Of a stretch of DNA of 61,257 bases, positions 24,273 through 37,239 are shown piece by piece. The notes under the pieces were generated by a model, which made no database searches, was not told where the DNA came from, and was given only the letters and a program-made list of their open reading frames with translations. The first letter of the stretch is position 1; each line of letters begins with the position of its first letter. A program made the position numbers and the translations under genes. This DNA comes from Lama guanicoe (lineage: Eukaryota): assembly GCA_013239625.1 (NCBI GenBank), contig MU053933.1:3525817-3587073 (forward strand), written 5' to 3'.

Positions 24273-25254
24273 GTGCGCACGGCCCTCGGGCTCCCTAGGC
24301 CCCAGAGCACAGGACACGTGCCGATCAGGGCCGGCGCTGGGGGCGCCGTGGGGCCACTTGCATGAGGGTCTCAAGCTCACATGAGGCTTGAGGGCCCTGT
24401 TGCAAGTTTCTGTGTTTTATTTAGACTCTGGGGTTTTCACACAGACACATCTGTGAGCATAGAGTACTTTATTTTATTCTTCTTCCCCGTCTACTTCCCG
24501 TTCTTGTCACTGCTCGCGGGGCTCCCGAGTGCTGGGTGACAGGCCGTTTCTGTCCTGGGGCGGCCTGCATTCCAGCCACGACCCCTCAGCCTGGAGCCTC
24601 ATGCTGCATGTTTCTGGGCTGGATTTGCTAGTCTTTGGCATTTTGTTCATGGGGGTCCTGGTTTTGGTGTCAGGGGGATGCCAGCCTCCTGGAGGACCAG
24701 TGTCTCCGCCCCTGTGTTCTCCACAGGACTCTGTAGAAATGGGATTATTTCCTCCTTGGTTTTGGGAGAGTTCTCCAGTGAAGCCTGGTGGGAGGCAGGC
24801 AGTGTAGGAGTGGTGGGTGAGGTGGGTTTCGGGGTGACTACAGGGATGGTTGCATCTGTTCTCCGTGCACCAGGCAGGGTTGGGTCTGAGCGGCCTTTCC
24901 TGGTCAGGTCCTTTTCGGCCCACCTCCAAACTCTGCCTCTGGGAGACCACGCCCTGGGGGCTGCGTTGCACCTGCAAGTCCTGCGAGGCTGGAGGATGTC
25001 CTGCCCACTCTCTGCCCCTGTGTCACTTTGCTCCTCACCAGCCACGAGGGCAAGGCTCAAGGGGGTGTGAGCAAAGGGCGTGTGTCCCACGTGTCCTCTC
25101 TCAGCAGAATCAACGCTTTTGGGTCATGGAAACTTCATGGTCTCCCGAAATGATTACATCCTGTCCCCTTGGTCTGCTTTTAATTTTGTTAAGTCATTTG
25201 CAGCTCACTGTAGCCTCCTGAATAATGATGTTTCACATTTAATCTCTTTTTCAG

Positions 25255-25477
25255 TTGAGTTACTGGCCTATAAGGTTGAGCAGGAAAAGTGTATAGCGAG
25301 CGATCTGCAGAAAACCCTGAACGAAGAGCAGGAGAAAGCAAATCATGCTCGGAAGCTGCTGGTGGTGGAACAGAGTGCGGTCAGGGACCTAAAGTCCGAG
25401 CTGTGCGAGTGCAAACAGGACAACGAAAGGCTGCTGCAGTCCCTCAACGATGTGCAGAAGGAGGTCCTCCAGCTGAG
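25255..25477 (+). CDS. PCNT: Pericentrin coding exon (223 nt)
   Basis: Acceptor ctctttttcag|TT; VELLAYKVEQEKCIASDLQKTLNEEQEKAN...QKEVLQL; donor AG|GTGCGT; phase 1-2. Confidence 0.94.
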
Positions 25478-25710
25478 GTGCGTCCACACTGCCTGGCCTG
25501 CCCTCGCCACCTCTTCCCACCCTGGCTTCCACTCCTCAGGAGGAGCAGTGGAGCTCGCATGGCTCCTGCTGTGTTTGGGGGGGAGCATTCTGCTCCCACG
25601 TGCTCGTGGGGGGCCGAGCACTTGGGCCAGGAGGTGGCAGGGCCTGCCTTCCCTGCCTGAGAGCTTCGGGTGCTGGCGCATGTCCCTCTGAGAGTGCTGT
25701 CCCCACACAG

Positions 25711-25861
25711 GTCGGCGCTGGACAGTAAGGAGAAGGACCTGGCGAACGCACTGCAGCAGCTGGAGGGCGAGCGGGTGAAGGGGCAGGCCCTGCAGAGCCG
25801 GCTGGACGAGGAGCGGCTGCAGTACCTGCAGAGGGAGGGCCAGAGCGCCAAGACCCTGGAG
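25711..25861 (+). CDS. PCNT: Pericentrin coding exon (151 nt)
   Basis: Acceptor tgtccccacacag|G; SALDSKEKDLANALQQLEGE...REGQSAKTLE; donor GAG|GTGAGG; phase 2-0. Confidence 0.93.
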
Positions 25862-26855
25862 GTGAGGGTTGCAGCCAGTGGTCCTGCCCGAGGATGAGGC
25901 TTCGGGGTGGTGCGGGGGCCACACCTGCAGGTCACAGAGCGCCTCTTTGGTGACGGACAGCATGGCTGCTCACAGTTCCCACCACCTCTGCACATTTGCT
26001 TCTGCAAGGTGGACGCAGCATCAGAGCCTTGTGGCAGAGGCTGCGTGTGTGGTGGTGCCTTGTGTGGCAGCCATAGTGGCCATACCTGGCGGTCTTTTAT
26101 GATCCTGGACAAGCTGACCACCGTTCAGTGGTTACGGCGAGGCTGCCTTTTACCAGCACAGAGCTGCGGTTGACACAGGTGGGCGAGTATGACTGAGTCC
26201 TGGGTGTTGTGGTTGAGGGCAGGGAGATGAACCCGGACGTGTACGCTGCCGTCAGAAGTGCCTTGACCGCGAACAAGGCAGGCAGAGTCCCAGGAGGAGC
26301 CACACACATACTCTGTCGGTGTCGCGATACCATGCACACATACACACCGTATGTGGAGAGAGCTGATGGCTACTCTGAAGCTTTATTATGTTGCACAGTC
26401 TTGTACAGCAAAGAAGAACGACAAGGGTTATGGTTGACAGGCAGCGTCTGGCTCGAGGTCAGAAGACCCTTCATGTTTTGTTAAATCATGTTCGTGTTGG
26501 CACCAGCGAGCCTTACAGCTTATCAGGGCGGAACGTATGAGAAACGGCTGCTTTACAACATTCTTCCTGGACTCAGGCGGCTGTGCCTGTCTCAGGTTGC
26601 CCCCCTCTGGGGATCTTACCCGTCCTTGGCTAACCAGCCTTCTCACCTCTGAGCCTGCAGCTTTTCAGAATTTGTTTGCCATTCCGGCCCTTGGTTCGCA
26701 CAGTCGGGGGCCAGCACACTCCTCTCACCCACCCAAGGGATCACGTCCAAACGTTTACCTGCTGGGTTGGGGGCACAAACAGACGTGGGCAGGAAAAGTG
26801 TTTAGACACTTTTGCCCTTGATTTAATTCTTCTGTACTGTTTTTCCATGACACAG

Positions 26856-27464
26856 GAGCTAAGAACGTCTTTGGAGAAGCAGTTTGCTCATAGTAACCAG
26901 CTGTGCGTCGCCCTGGAACACGAGCAGACGGCAAAGGACAACCTCCGGAAGGAGCTGCAGATCGAGACCTCACGCTGCGAGGCGCTGCTGGCCCAGGAGC
27001 GCGGCCACCTCTCCGAGCTGCAGCGGAGCCTGGAGGCCGAGCAGGGCCGGGCACGGGAGTTGTCGGAGGCCTTGCACCACGAGCGCCTCTTGACCGAACG
27101 GCTGAGCCGGCGGGCGCAGGAGAAGCAGGCGCAGCAGGCGCACCAGGCGCTGCTGCAGAAGCTGAAGAGCCAGGGGGCCCGCGTGCGGGAGCTGGAGGTG
27201 GCGCTGGACACAGCCCAGCGGCGGGCCCAGGAGGCCGAGAGGGAGCAGGAGGTAAGTGCCGCGCCGAGGCCCACCGTGGAGGCCCTGCAGACCCTGGAGA
27301 GAGAGCGGGAGAGGCCTGTGCGGGGCCAGGCAGAGTTAGAGCAGCCGCACGCGGGACGGGCAGAGCAGGAAGGACGCAAGGCCGCGAGGACAGGAGCGGA
27401 GCTGAGGCCCAGCCGAGCGGACGCGCACAAGCGGAGGAGGTGGCAGAGAGACAAGGAGACGCTG
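26856..27464 (+). CDS. PCNT: Large pericentrin exon (609 nt; approx. human exon 38)
   Basis: Acceptor tttttccatgacacag|GAG; ELRTSLEKQFAHSNQLCVALEHEQTAKDNLRKELQIE...RRWQRDKETL; donor CTG|GTGAGC; phase 0-0. Confidence 0.94.
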
Positions 27465-27659
27465 GTGAGCCCGCTGCGGCCTGGGGGCCTGTCCTGGTGT
27501 CCGTGCATCCCTCCTCAGAACACGGCCGCCTTGTAGCAGGTTGGAGGTCAGGAAGTGTGTGAGCGCCGTCTTTGCTTTTCACGTGGGTTTGGGTGCTCAG
27601 GGCCCTGGCCGCTTCATGAGCACCTGAGGATGGCCTTTCCATCCCTGCAGTGAGGCCCC

Positions 27660-29200
27660 TGGGAATTTGGTCAGGGTTGCGTGGATCTGTGGTTCGCTTT
27701 GGGGAGTACCGTCCCCTTAATGTTAGGTCTTCTTGTCCGCGAAGTTGGAAGTTCTCTCCATTTATTTAGGTTTTCTTTAATTTCTTTCAAAGATGTTTTG
27801 GCCCTTTCAGGTGATAAGCTTTGTACTTCTTTTGTTAAATTTATTCATAAATATTACTTTTTGATGCTGTTATGTGTTTAGTTGACTTTACTTTCACTTC
27901 CAGATAGTTGTTTGCTAGCGTGTAGCAGATACAGGTGGTTTTTATACCTTGATCTTGCGTCCTGCAGCCTTGCTGAACTGGTTTGTTAGTTCCGGTTTTT
28001 TAATGGGTTCTTCGGGATTTTTCATGTAAAAGAGCATGTTATTTGTGAATAGACCGTTTCACTTGCTCCTTTCCAACCAGGGTTCCCTTCTCTCGTCGCC
28101 TTGCCGGCGCCTGGCTGGCACGCCCGGTGCACCATGCGCCAGGCCGAGGGCAGCATCCAGCCCGATTCCTGAAATTGGCGCCGAGTTTGGTGGCAGCTGT
28201 GGGACTGTGGACGCCTTCAGCAGGGGAGTGCCCGTCTGTTCTGGTTTAGCGGTCTTTCCTATCTTTGTTTTCAGTCATGAGAGAGCACGGGATTTGGTTT
28301 TTCAGTTTTTCTTGAGATTTATGGTTTGCCCTCCTGTTGGTACGATACCTGGTGCTGATTTCACGTGTCGAGCCGTCCTTGCCCTCTTGGCAGACTCCCA
28401 CTTGAGTTTGGTGTGGGTTCTTTTCTCTCTGTGCTGGATTCAGTTTGATAGTATTTTACTGAGGACTTCATTGTACTTTGCGTTTATATGTGTAAGGGGT
28501 ATTGTTCTATAGTCTTTTGTGATGCTTTGGGGGTTTTTTTGGTTTTGGTTTTGGCTTTTTTGTTGTTGTTGTTAGGATGATTTTGACCTTGCAGGATGGG
28601 CTTGGAAATGTTCCCTCCTTTATTTTTTGCATGGGCCTTAATTTTAAACATATTTTATGTCAGTGGAAGCCTTTACTTCTGAGGGAAGTATATCTTCTGT
28701 CTTCTCATGAATTGACATTTTGCTCTCTTTAAAAATATTATTTTAAAACTTCAAAAAACACACCTTTATTATTTCTGTGTTTTGTGAAATTATAAAAAGC
28801 TTTTAATACGCACAATGAAAACCAATGGCCCAGTCTTTTTAATGGCTAGCCTGCCGTGAAATGGTTGAGAAATGAATATTCATTATTATTCATACACACC
28901 ACCAAGTTCACCAGTGTAAACTGCACAATTCAGTGGCTTTTGCTGTATTCAAAGCGTTGTGCAGCCGTCACTATGATCAGTTTCAGAACATGCTCGTCCC
29001 CCAGATGGAGCCCTGCACCTGTGTGGCCCTTCCAGCCCCTGGCACCACCCGCCTACTTCCTGCCCCTGTGGGTCTGCTCTTCTGGGTGTTTCTCATCACT
29101 GGGCCCCTACGGGGGCGGGGGCTTCTGTTTCTGGCTTATGTCGTGGTGTTTTCGGGGTTCACTCACCTTGGGGCGCATCGGCGACCGTCTGTGATTTTTG
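27660..29200 (-). mobile_element. Old L1 fragments (ORF2 and 3' end)
   Basis: tctctccatttatttaggttttctttaatttctttc; gctggattcagtttgatagtattttactgagg; aagttcaccagtgtaaactgcacaattcagtggctttt. Confidence 0.7.
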
Positions 29201-29923
29201 TGCTGTTAAGTAGCCCTCAGAGGAGCTGGAGGGCTTGGGCGTGGAGGAGTCTTTGTGGGGGCAGAGCGTGGCCGGGAGGCGTCCCCAGTGTTACAGGACG
29301 GAGGGGGAGGAGGCGGGCGGGCCTGGCCCTCGGGGCCCCCAGGGCATGTTCCGGGTTTTGGGTGTGGGAAGAGGGCTTTATAGTTTTCACGAGCGTCTCA
29401 GAGGGTGCCCCAAACCACATGTAGAGTCTTCTGCCAAACCGTTTTATTCAATTTTAGGGTTGTTTTTTTTTTTGGCTTTTGTTTTTGTAAAACTATGTGA
29501 TAACATAGCTGCTTGAAAAAATTAATAACAAAGTGTTTTCTAAGTGAAACCAGTAACTGTCCTTCACGATGCACCTCAGGGTGTGTCTTTAAGCGACATG
29601 GTCCTTTCGGTGCATTTCTGCTGTGGATGGTTAACTTGATCTGGACTATGGGGTCTTTCTCAGGCCACAGAGGCCAGGCCTCTCAGAGTAATGTAAGGCC
29701 AATTTCATCTTTTCTAATGGAAGTAAGCTGTCGGTCCCTCACTTTGTTACTTTGCTCATCTGGAAAATGGATAAGTGAGGGTCCCAGTTTCTCCACGGGG
29801 CTCAAGGACTGACCGGGACGATACGGGAAAGGGCAGGTCTGAGCTGCACATGTGGCGGCTGGAGGAGCTGGGCTGGAAGCCGGCAGGGTCTGCCTGCTGG
29901 CCTGTAGCGGGCTCCCTACCCAG

Positions 29924-30325
29924 CCTGCCCGGTCCTGTCCTGTCCTGCCCTGCCTTGTCCTGTCTTGTCCTGCCCTGTCCTGCCCTGCCCTGCCCACTCG
30001 TGTCCCCTATCCTGCCCTGTCCTGCCCTGCCCTGTACTGCCCTGTCCTGCCCTGCCCTGCCCAGTCGTGTCTCCTATCCTGCCCTGCCCTGCCCAGTCGT
30101 GTCCTGTCCTGCTGGTCCTGCCCTGTCCTGCCCTGTCCTGTCCTGCCCAGTCGTGTCCTATCCTGTCCTGCCTGGTCCTGTCCTGTCTTGTCCTGTCCTG
30201 CCCAGTCCTGCCCTCCTGTCCTGCCCAATCGTGTCCTATCCTGTCCTGCCCTGTCCTGCCTGGTCCTGCCTGGTCCTGCTCTGTCCTGTCCTTTCCTGTC
30301 CTGCTCAGTCCTGCCCATCGTCTCC
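29924..30325. repeat. (CCTGT/CCTGC)n pentamer array with higher-order unit
   Basis: ~400 nt pyrimidine-rich array; TCGTGTC interruption at 29998, 30065, 30097, 30151, 30229. Confidence 0.95.
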
Positions 30326-30908
30326 ATCCCACCCCAGCCCTCCTCCCCTGTGAGTGGCCCCAATGCTCTCTGTGCCTCAGCTGTCTTCAGCATACTTCTC
30401 AGTCCGTGGACTGGTTTCTTTGGGTGATCTGCCATCTGCCTCACAGAGACTCGGGTCCTGGATGTGGGGCAGGGAGCGGTGCCTGGCTGGCAGGCTCTCC
30501 AGCACCTCCACAGTGGAGGGATCTCACGAGAGAGTTGTTTCCACCTGGTGAGGTTGGGCTTGGAGGCCAGAGGGTCTCCCAGGACTTGGGCTGCACGGTG
30601 CTGGGTGTGTGCGTTCACATGCACAGCGCACTGTGTTGCGTGAATGTGTTGAGGTGGAGGGACCAGAACTTGGGCTGTGAATCGTCCTCACGTTTGTGTT
30701 CTTGTCCCGGGTCCCTCCTCTGTCCCCTGGTGCTCACCTTGGGCCTGGCAAAAAAAGCTTAATGGTTCTCAGAAAGGAAGGGGACCCTGCAGTGTGGCTC
30801 CACCATCTGAGGGGTCGCACCAGCCGGGAGCATGTCGAGGGGGTGTGTCGAGGTCTCTGCCCCAGGACATGTGGGTGATGTCTCTTCGGTTTTCTCGGTC
30901 ACCCTCAG

Positions 30909-31144
30909 CGGGAATTAGAGCTGCAGCACCAGCGAGATGAGCACAAGATCCAGCAGCTGCAGCGGACACTGAGGGAGCAGCAGGCGGGGGCGCGGCCCTG
31001 CCCCCCGGAGGCGGCGGGGGCGGCCGAGACAGAGGCGGAGGCCGAGCGCCTGCGGGAGCAGCAGCTGGGCCTGGAGAAGGTGCGGCAGCAGCTGCTCTGC
31101 GCGGCCGGGCTCCTGACCAGCTTCATCAACCAGATGGTGGACAG
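30909..31144 (+). CDS. PCNT: Pericentrin coding exon (236 nt)
   Basis: Acceptor tttctcggtcaccctcag|CGG; RELELQHQRDEHKIQQLQRTL...LLCAAGLLTSFINQMVD; donor AG|GTGGGC; phase 0-2. Confidence 0.93.
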
Positions 31145-31862
31145 GTGGGCCTCCCGGGACCGCGACGGCGGGTCAGCGCCGCTGATGTAAGGAAGAAGCC
31201 TGGCTTCGGGGCGTGTCTTTGATTTCAGATCCATGTTTCCATAAAATGGACTCCATTTCTCTGCCCGCGTGTGAGGGTGAACTCGGGGAAGATGCTGATG
31301 AAACTGTGTCTCTTGCATTCTAGTGTAACAGGAAATACAGGTTCCTTTCAGAGCAGTTCTCCCCTGCCCTTTACCACTGCTCACTGCCCAGAGGGTCCAG
31401 TCCAAGGCCGGCCCCACCCCTCTGCCCCAGCCACTAGGTTGACGTGGCGCCCGTGTCTGCGCCCCAGGGGGACGCGTCTGCCTGGGTGAGGAGCCGAGAC
31501 CCTGCCGTTTGGCATGGACAGAAATTACTCACGATAGCATTCGTCCCGTGTGCCCTTTTCTGGGCACACGGACACTCAGCTAGCACAGCTCTCCAGTCTG
31601 CACTGGATTTGGTTAATGGAGCAGTGAAGCCTCGCCTTGGGCGGCATTTTGGTAACAGACGCAGAGTCCTGCAGAGAGCTGGGGGGGGCACACTGAGGGA
31701 GCCCTGGGGTCGGCGGTCAGCTGCTGGAGGTTTCTGGGCTCACCAGACTGCCTACCCCGGGACCACCTGCCCCTCGGTGCCGCCATCACTTGGAGGGCCT
31801 GCTGGGTGCCCGCCTGTTGGCTGGACCCATGTGCCCCTCGTGAGTGTCATGTGCTTCCCCAG

Positions 31863-31965
31863 GACCATCGGTGACTGGACGTCATCGAACGAGAAGGCGG
31901 TGGCGTCTTTGCTGCACACGCTGGAGACACTGAAGTCTGAACTGGGCGCCTCCAGCTCCTGCCGG
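31863..31965 (+). CDS. PCNT: Pericentrin coding exon (103 nt)
   Basis: Acceptor gtgcttccccag|G; TIGDWTSSNEKAVASLLHTLETLKSEL; donor CGG|GTGAGT; phase 2-0. Confidence 0.93.
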
Positions 31966-32676
31966 GTGAGTCCAGCTTTCTTGTTCATTGTCGCCCGCCT
32001 GCTTGCCTGCCCGCCTTCGAGCCTGCCTCTTCTGTGGTTTGCCTCCGGGGGGGCCATTCAGTGCACTGTCGAGACCCTGGGCTGGAAACCAGCTGCCCGT
32101 CTGCTGCGTCCGGAGGGCTTTGGGTCCTGGCTGCTGCTGTGAGTGCCCAATAAGCAGTGGGCAGTGGGGAGCGGAGCCTGCTCTCCCTCTGACCCACCTG
32201 CGTGCACAGAGCACCCTCAGCTGGCCTGGTGCATCTTGCCCTCCTGTCTGGTGGGTTCCAGTGCCTCCTCAGTGTCCCACGCCTGCCGGTGGCTGACCAG
32301 AGGGAATGGGCCTGTCCCGGGGGACCCTCGGGGAGGGACACGCTCTTGCCGGCCACCTGTCACGTACAGCCTCTGCCAGCAGTGCTTCTGGAACAAAGAA
32401 AGAGGGCCGTTTTGTAACAGGAGTACTTTGTTCACGCGGCCCAGTTTTGTGCAGAGTTTATTTCATAGAGGATTGAGAAGAAATGCGGTTTGGTGGTTTG
32501 ATGGTTTTTATTATTTCACGTCCCCGAGGTGGACTCTGCCTAGCCCCACAAGCTCCCACCAAGCCCAAACATACTTAAAATTGTAATCCCTGAAAATAGC
32601 CAACAGTAAAAGCCATGAATAGCGTGCGTGCCTTTTAAAAGAGAATCCTCATACATGGACTTTTTTTCTCCTTAAG

Positions 32677-32835
32677 AAGAAAACAGCGGCAGAGCTGCAG
32701 GTCCAGCTGGTGGACGTCCTGCTGAAGGACAATGAGTCCCTGACCAGAGCTCTCAGCGCGGTGACCCGGGAGAAGGCAGAGCTGCGCCGGGCACTGTCCC
32801 AGCTGGAGAGGCCCCCCCGGGGCTGTGCGCGCAAG
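32677..32835 (+). CDS. PCNT: Pericentrin coding exon (159 nt)
   Basis: Acceptor tttttttctccttaag|AAG; KKTAAELQVQLVDVLLKDNESLTRALSAVTREKAEL...CARK; donor AAG|GTACGG; phase 0-0. Confidence 0.9.
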
Positions 32836-33119
32836 GTACGGGTGCCGGGCCCGCTGGCCGCGGCCGGGTTTCATGCTGTGTTCGGACTCTCGTGCATGAC
32901 GCTTGCCCCGAGGCAGTGCTCGATACTTGCTCATGAGAGGAAACTTTGACTAGGAATTGAATAAGCTGATGAAATGAGAGTTTTGTTTGACCTTCACCTA
33001 ATGAAAACAATTAGTTTTCCTGGTTGTGTATTTTGATAGACATTTTCTCTGGAATGTCTCAATTTTTCTTTCTATTTATATTCAGCCTTTTTGTTTGTGA
33101 ATTGCTTTTTTTTTTGTAA

Positions 33120-35830
33120 TGAAATCTTTTAAAACTTGTTTTTAAATTTACATCCAGTTAAACCTGCCTCTTGCTGGCACGATGGTGTTTGAGCTTTGCT
33201 CACCGTGAAGCCACCATGCTGGCAGAGCATGCGAGGCGGTCCCGCCCGGCCCCCAGCCTCCGGCCCCTGGCCCCCCTGTGCTCTGCTGCCGGTTTTCCTG
33301 AACGTCTGTGAGTGGGACCACAGGGCTGGGGCCTGGGGGCACCTTCACTTCTCTGTAAAGCATTTGAGGTCCATGGGTGGCCGTGGGCCATGGCTCAGAC
33401 CTGTTCTTTGTCGTGTGGCTCCACCTGGCACGAATGCACCCAGCTTACGAGGGGCCCTCTGTAAACATCTGTGTAGGCGCACTGCTGTGTGGACGGAGGG
33501 TTCTCTTCTCTGGGTAAAGGCCCAGCAGTGGGCTCCCTGGGTCTGGTGGCAACTTGTGTGAACTTCCGCCTTTGACACCACTGGTGATTTCCAGAATGGC
33601 GGCACCGGTCTGATGAGTGTTCTGGCTACTCCACACCTTTGTGTTTGGTGGCGTTTTCCCTCTTTACGTCAGCATTCCGATAGGTGTGAAGTGGCTTCTG
33701 CGTCTTCTTTGGTGAGGTGCCCATTGACGTCTCCTACCTTTCCTTACGTTGGATCATTTGTGTTCTCATTGCTGAGTTTGGGAGCTCCTTAAATAGCCTG
33801 GGCGTGACTCCCTCGTCAGACCTGCAGGTGCTTCTTTCCAGGTCTGTGCTGTCCTGTCTGTGCAGGACCCTTTGCAAAATAGAAGGTTTTAATTTTGATG
33901 GTGTCATACGTATCAGCTTGTTCTTGGCTCGTGCCCGGAGTTTCACAGTTTTACTTTTTACTTTACGATCTGCGTTGCGTTAGTTTTTGTAGTGGCCTGA
34001 GGGGTGGGTTGAGGCCCGTTTTCATGCACATTGGTCTCCAGTTACTCCTACATGCTTCATCGACCAGATGGTCCTCCCCTCCTGAACTGTCTCTTCCTGC
34101 GTCAGGAGTCACCGGTTGGTGCACATGTGTGTGTCTGGATCCTCTGTTCTGTTGCACTGATCCGTATGTCTGTCCTCCACCAGCTGCCTGATTGACATAG
34201 ATTTATGGGCATGTTGGGGTCCAGCAGTGCTCTGGTTTTTTCTTTTTCAAATTGTTTGGCTATTGTAGTCTCTCTGTACTTCAGCATGAATTTTAGGATC
34301 TTGCTGGCTACTCTGGGATTGCATTAAGTCTGTAGATCGATGTGGGGAGGACTGGGAAGAGAAGTGGTGTGGCCACAACGGACAACAGTCTGGCAGGTCC
34401 TTGGAGTTGTGGGGCTGCTGTCTCACCCCAGCCCCAACTCTGGTGTTTACTCACAAGTGAAAATACATGTGTGTCCACGTAAGACCTTGCTCATAAGCTT
34501 TCCTGTCCCCGTGAGTCCTCATTCAAATGTGGGGATAACCCAGATGTCCATTCACTGAGGAGTGTGTGGTAAAATACAGTATACCCATGAATGGAATGCT
34601 ACTTGGCCATGAAAAGCAGCTAAGGACTGACGGACGCTATAGGGTGGACGAGCCTTGGGAACGTGCCGACAGCAGAGGGGGCCGGACCCGGTCGACAGGA
34701 AGGGCCCGGCCAGCGGCTGGCGGGGGTGCCAGGAGCCACTGCTGGGCTGCAGCACCTCGGGCGTTGAAATCAGGTGATGTGAACAGACTGGAAATGAGTT
34801 CAGTTTCACACTGTAAGAGGATAAATTATATGGTGTGTGATTTATCTCAGTAACGCTGTTATTAAAAATTGGGGCAGGAATTGACGTCTGTAACTGTATC
34901 TAAACTTAACTACTTGCGCCTCCTGATCCGAGTGCTTGGCGTGTCGCTCCATGTAGTTGGATCTTCTAAAATTCCTTTCTTAAATGTGTTGTAGCCATTA
35001 GCCTGCAGATCCTGTAACTGTTTCATTACATTGTTACACAAATATTTCACTTGGGGGGCCATTGTAAATGGCAGTTTTCAGGTATTTGTTTCCCAGTTGT
35101 TTGCGGCTCGTGTCGGAGGTGTGACTGCTGCTCATAGGCTGAGCTTGTGTCCTGCAGCCTTGCTAGCCTCATGTTTTAGTTAGTCCCCTGAGCCTTTTTG
35201 TAGGATTTTCTCCATAGACAGTCTTGTCATATGCTCTTGAAAGGGGGTTTATGTCCTTCTTTCCAGTCTGCATACCTTTGATTTCTTTCTCATTCCTGTT
35301 GCACTGGCTGGGCCTCCCCAGGCTGGAGGGGGACATGCAGCTCCCATCCCCGGTGGAGCCTCCGTCTTCACCAAGGCAGATGCCCTCGGATCAGTGTGAA
35401 GACGCCCCTTCTGTTCCTGGTTTGCTGAGACGTTTTGTCACGATGGACATTGACACTTGTCAGGCTTTTTTCTGCATCTGTCGACGTGATGATGAGGTGC
35501 TTCCTGGTCATCTCTTCCTGTGGTGGGTCACGTGGAGTTTCCCGTGGCCCCAGGAAGAACCCGACTGGGTCATGATGGATTACTCTTTCTAGGTACTGCT
35601 GCGTTCGATTTGCTTACGTTCTGTCGAGCGTTTCTGTCTGGCTCCGTGAGGGGCGTTAGCCTGGAGGGCTTCTTCTCGTTGTCTCTGCCTGGCTTTGGCC
35701 TTCTGAAGTGAGCTGGGGCTGTTCCCTCCTTGTCTGTTTTCTGAAGGAGATTATGTAGAGCTGGTATTTGTTTCTTCCTTAAATATTGTTAAAATTCACC
35801 AGCAAGACTGGCTGCACCAGTGTTTTCTCT
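33120..35830 (-). mobile_element. Highly diverged antisense L1 with a nested sense L1 3' fragment (~34350-34868)
   Basis: ttcagcatgaattttaggatc, gcattaagtctgtagatc, aaattcaccagcaagac; nested part cccagatgtccattcactg...tggaatgctacttggccatgaaaag ending in an A-rich tail. Confidence 0.7.
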
Positions 35831-37143
35831 TTCAGAAGGAGTTTCTGGAACTGTCGGGCAGAGGGTCCTGTAAAGGGCAGCTGAGTCCAGTTGGTCCTTG
35901 GGGACATTTGGGCCTTGTCCCTGCGGGTCTGTCAGGACCGAGAGGATAGAGTTGATGTCCTGGTGCAGCTCTGGGTCTGTGTGTCTTTTCGGCTCCACCC
36001 AGTCCCACCTTGTCTGTTGTGAGGCTCTGTGGGAGGTGAAGGGGCTTCTGTGCTGGTGACGTTGGGCCCAGCCACAAGGTAGAGCCAGGGTCTGCTCCCG
36101 GACGGAACGTTTTCATCTTGACGAGAGCCCTGTCTGCGTCTCTGGAAGCTGCTCCGGGAAGTGTTTTGAGGCTCCTTGTTCAGGGCACCCTGTGTGAGCT
36201 AAAGCGTGGTCACCCGAACACCTTTGTCCTTCCTGTGAAATGTAAGGAGGCACGGGGTACGTGTTTGTGATGTGCAGCCCGAAGGCAGGTGGAATGTTTC
36301 CTTCTTTGTGTCCAAGATGACATCTGTGCTGGTGTCTCTTTCCAGAGAAGACCCCACTGTTGTTAGAACCAGGAGAGTGTGGCTCTTTCCCTCTGCCTCA
36401 TCGGGGATCACCTTGCTCTGCACCTCCTTCTTCCTAGCCCTGCCCTGGAGTCGTGGCCAGCACAGCCAGGCTGCCTTGAGGGCACTGACCACATGGCCAC
36501 AGTGACAGGCGGGTCCTGGCTGTCTCTGGTGGGCGGCATCCATGGCCCCTCACTGTGGGTCCTTCTCTTTCTGTTGTGTGTCCCCAGGGGTGCTCTGCAC
36601 AGCATGGGGTCCAGGCTGTGCCACTGATGTTGGGACACATGGCTGCTCACGCTGCCCTCTCTGCCCGGTGCCTGGCCCTTGGACGTGTGGCTGCCATGTG
36701 GGGCCCGCCCACGGGGGTCCAGGTGTGGTGCCCTCACTCAGGGGTCCAGGTGTGGGCTTCCATGGCCCTGGAGCAGAGCTGTTTGCATCTGCCAGGGGTC
36801 AGCATTTCTAGGACCAGGGAGCTCTGAGTGTTTAATATGCTCAATGCTTTGTATTCAGGGTGACTTCACAAATATTAGGGGTCTTGTTTTTAGTGAAAAT
36901 ACGCTTTCTGTGCAGCCACACTTCAGTCAGTAGTGCGCAGCAGCCCCCTGCGTGTGGGTGGTCTGGCTAGTAACCACATAGCAGCCGGGACACCACTGAG
37001 GAGAGGCTGGCCGGGGCCAGGGTGGGAGGTGCAGCCGGCGGGGTTTGGCTCCAGGCTGGGGGCACCGCTCTGCTCTGAGCAGCTTCTCTCGAGATGCTGT
37101 CACAGGAGTGGCGGTGTGGACATGCTGTCTGTGGTCATTGCAG

Positions 37144-37239
37144 AGGTCGGACAGGTCTGTGTGGAGGCAGGACAGGACAGTCTCGCCCAGCTCAGCACGA
37201 CCCCCAGACCCAGCTCTGCCCACGCCGGAAGTAGCCAAG
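37144..37239 (+). CDS. PCNT: Pericentrin coding exon (96 nt)
   Basis: Acceptor gtggtcattgcag|AGG; RSDRSVWRQDRTVSPSSARPPDPALPTPEVAK resembles recalled RSERSAWKPDE; donor AAG|GTGAGA; phase 0-0. Confidence 0.82.

Noticed and set aside
29683..30762. Cys/Pro-rich and GQDRT-rich ORFs that look like keratin-associated or metallothionein-like proteins
   Set aside because: They are translations of the stop-free pentamer repeat in several frames, with no gene structure
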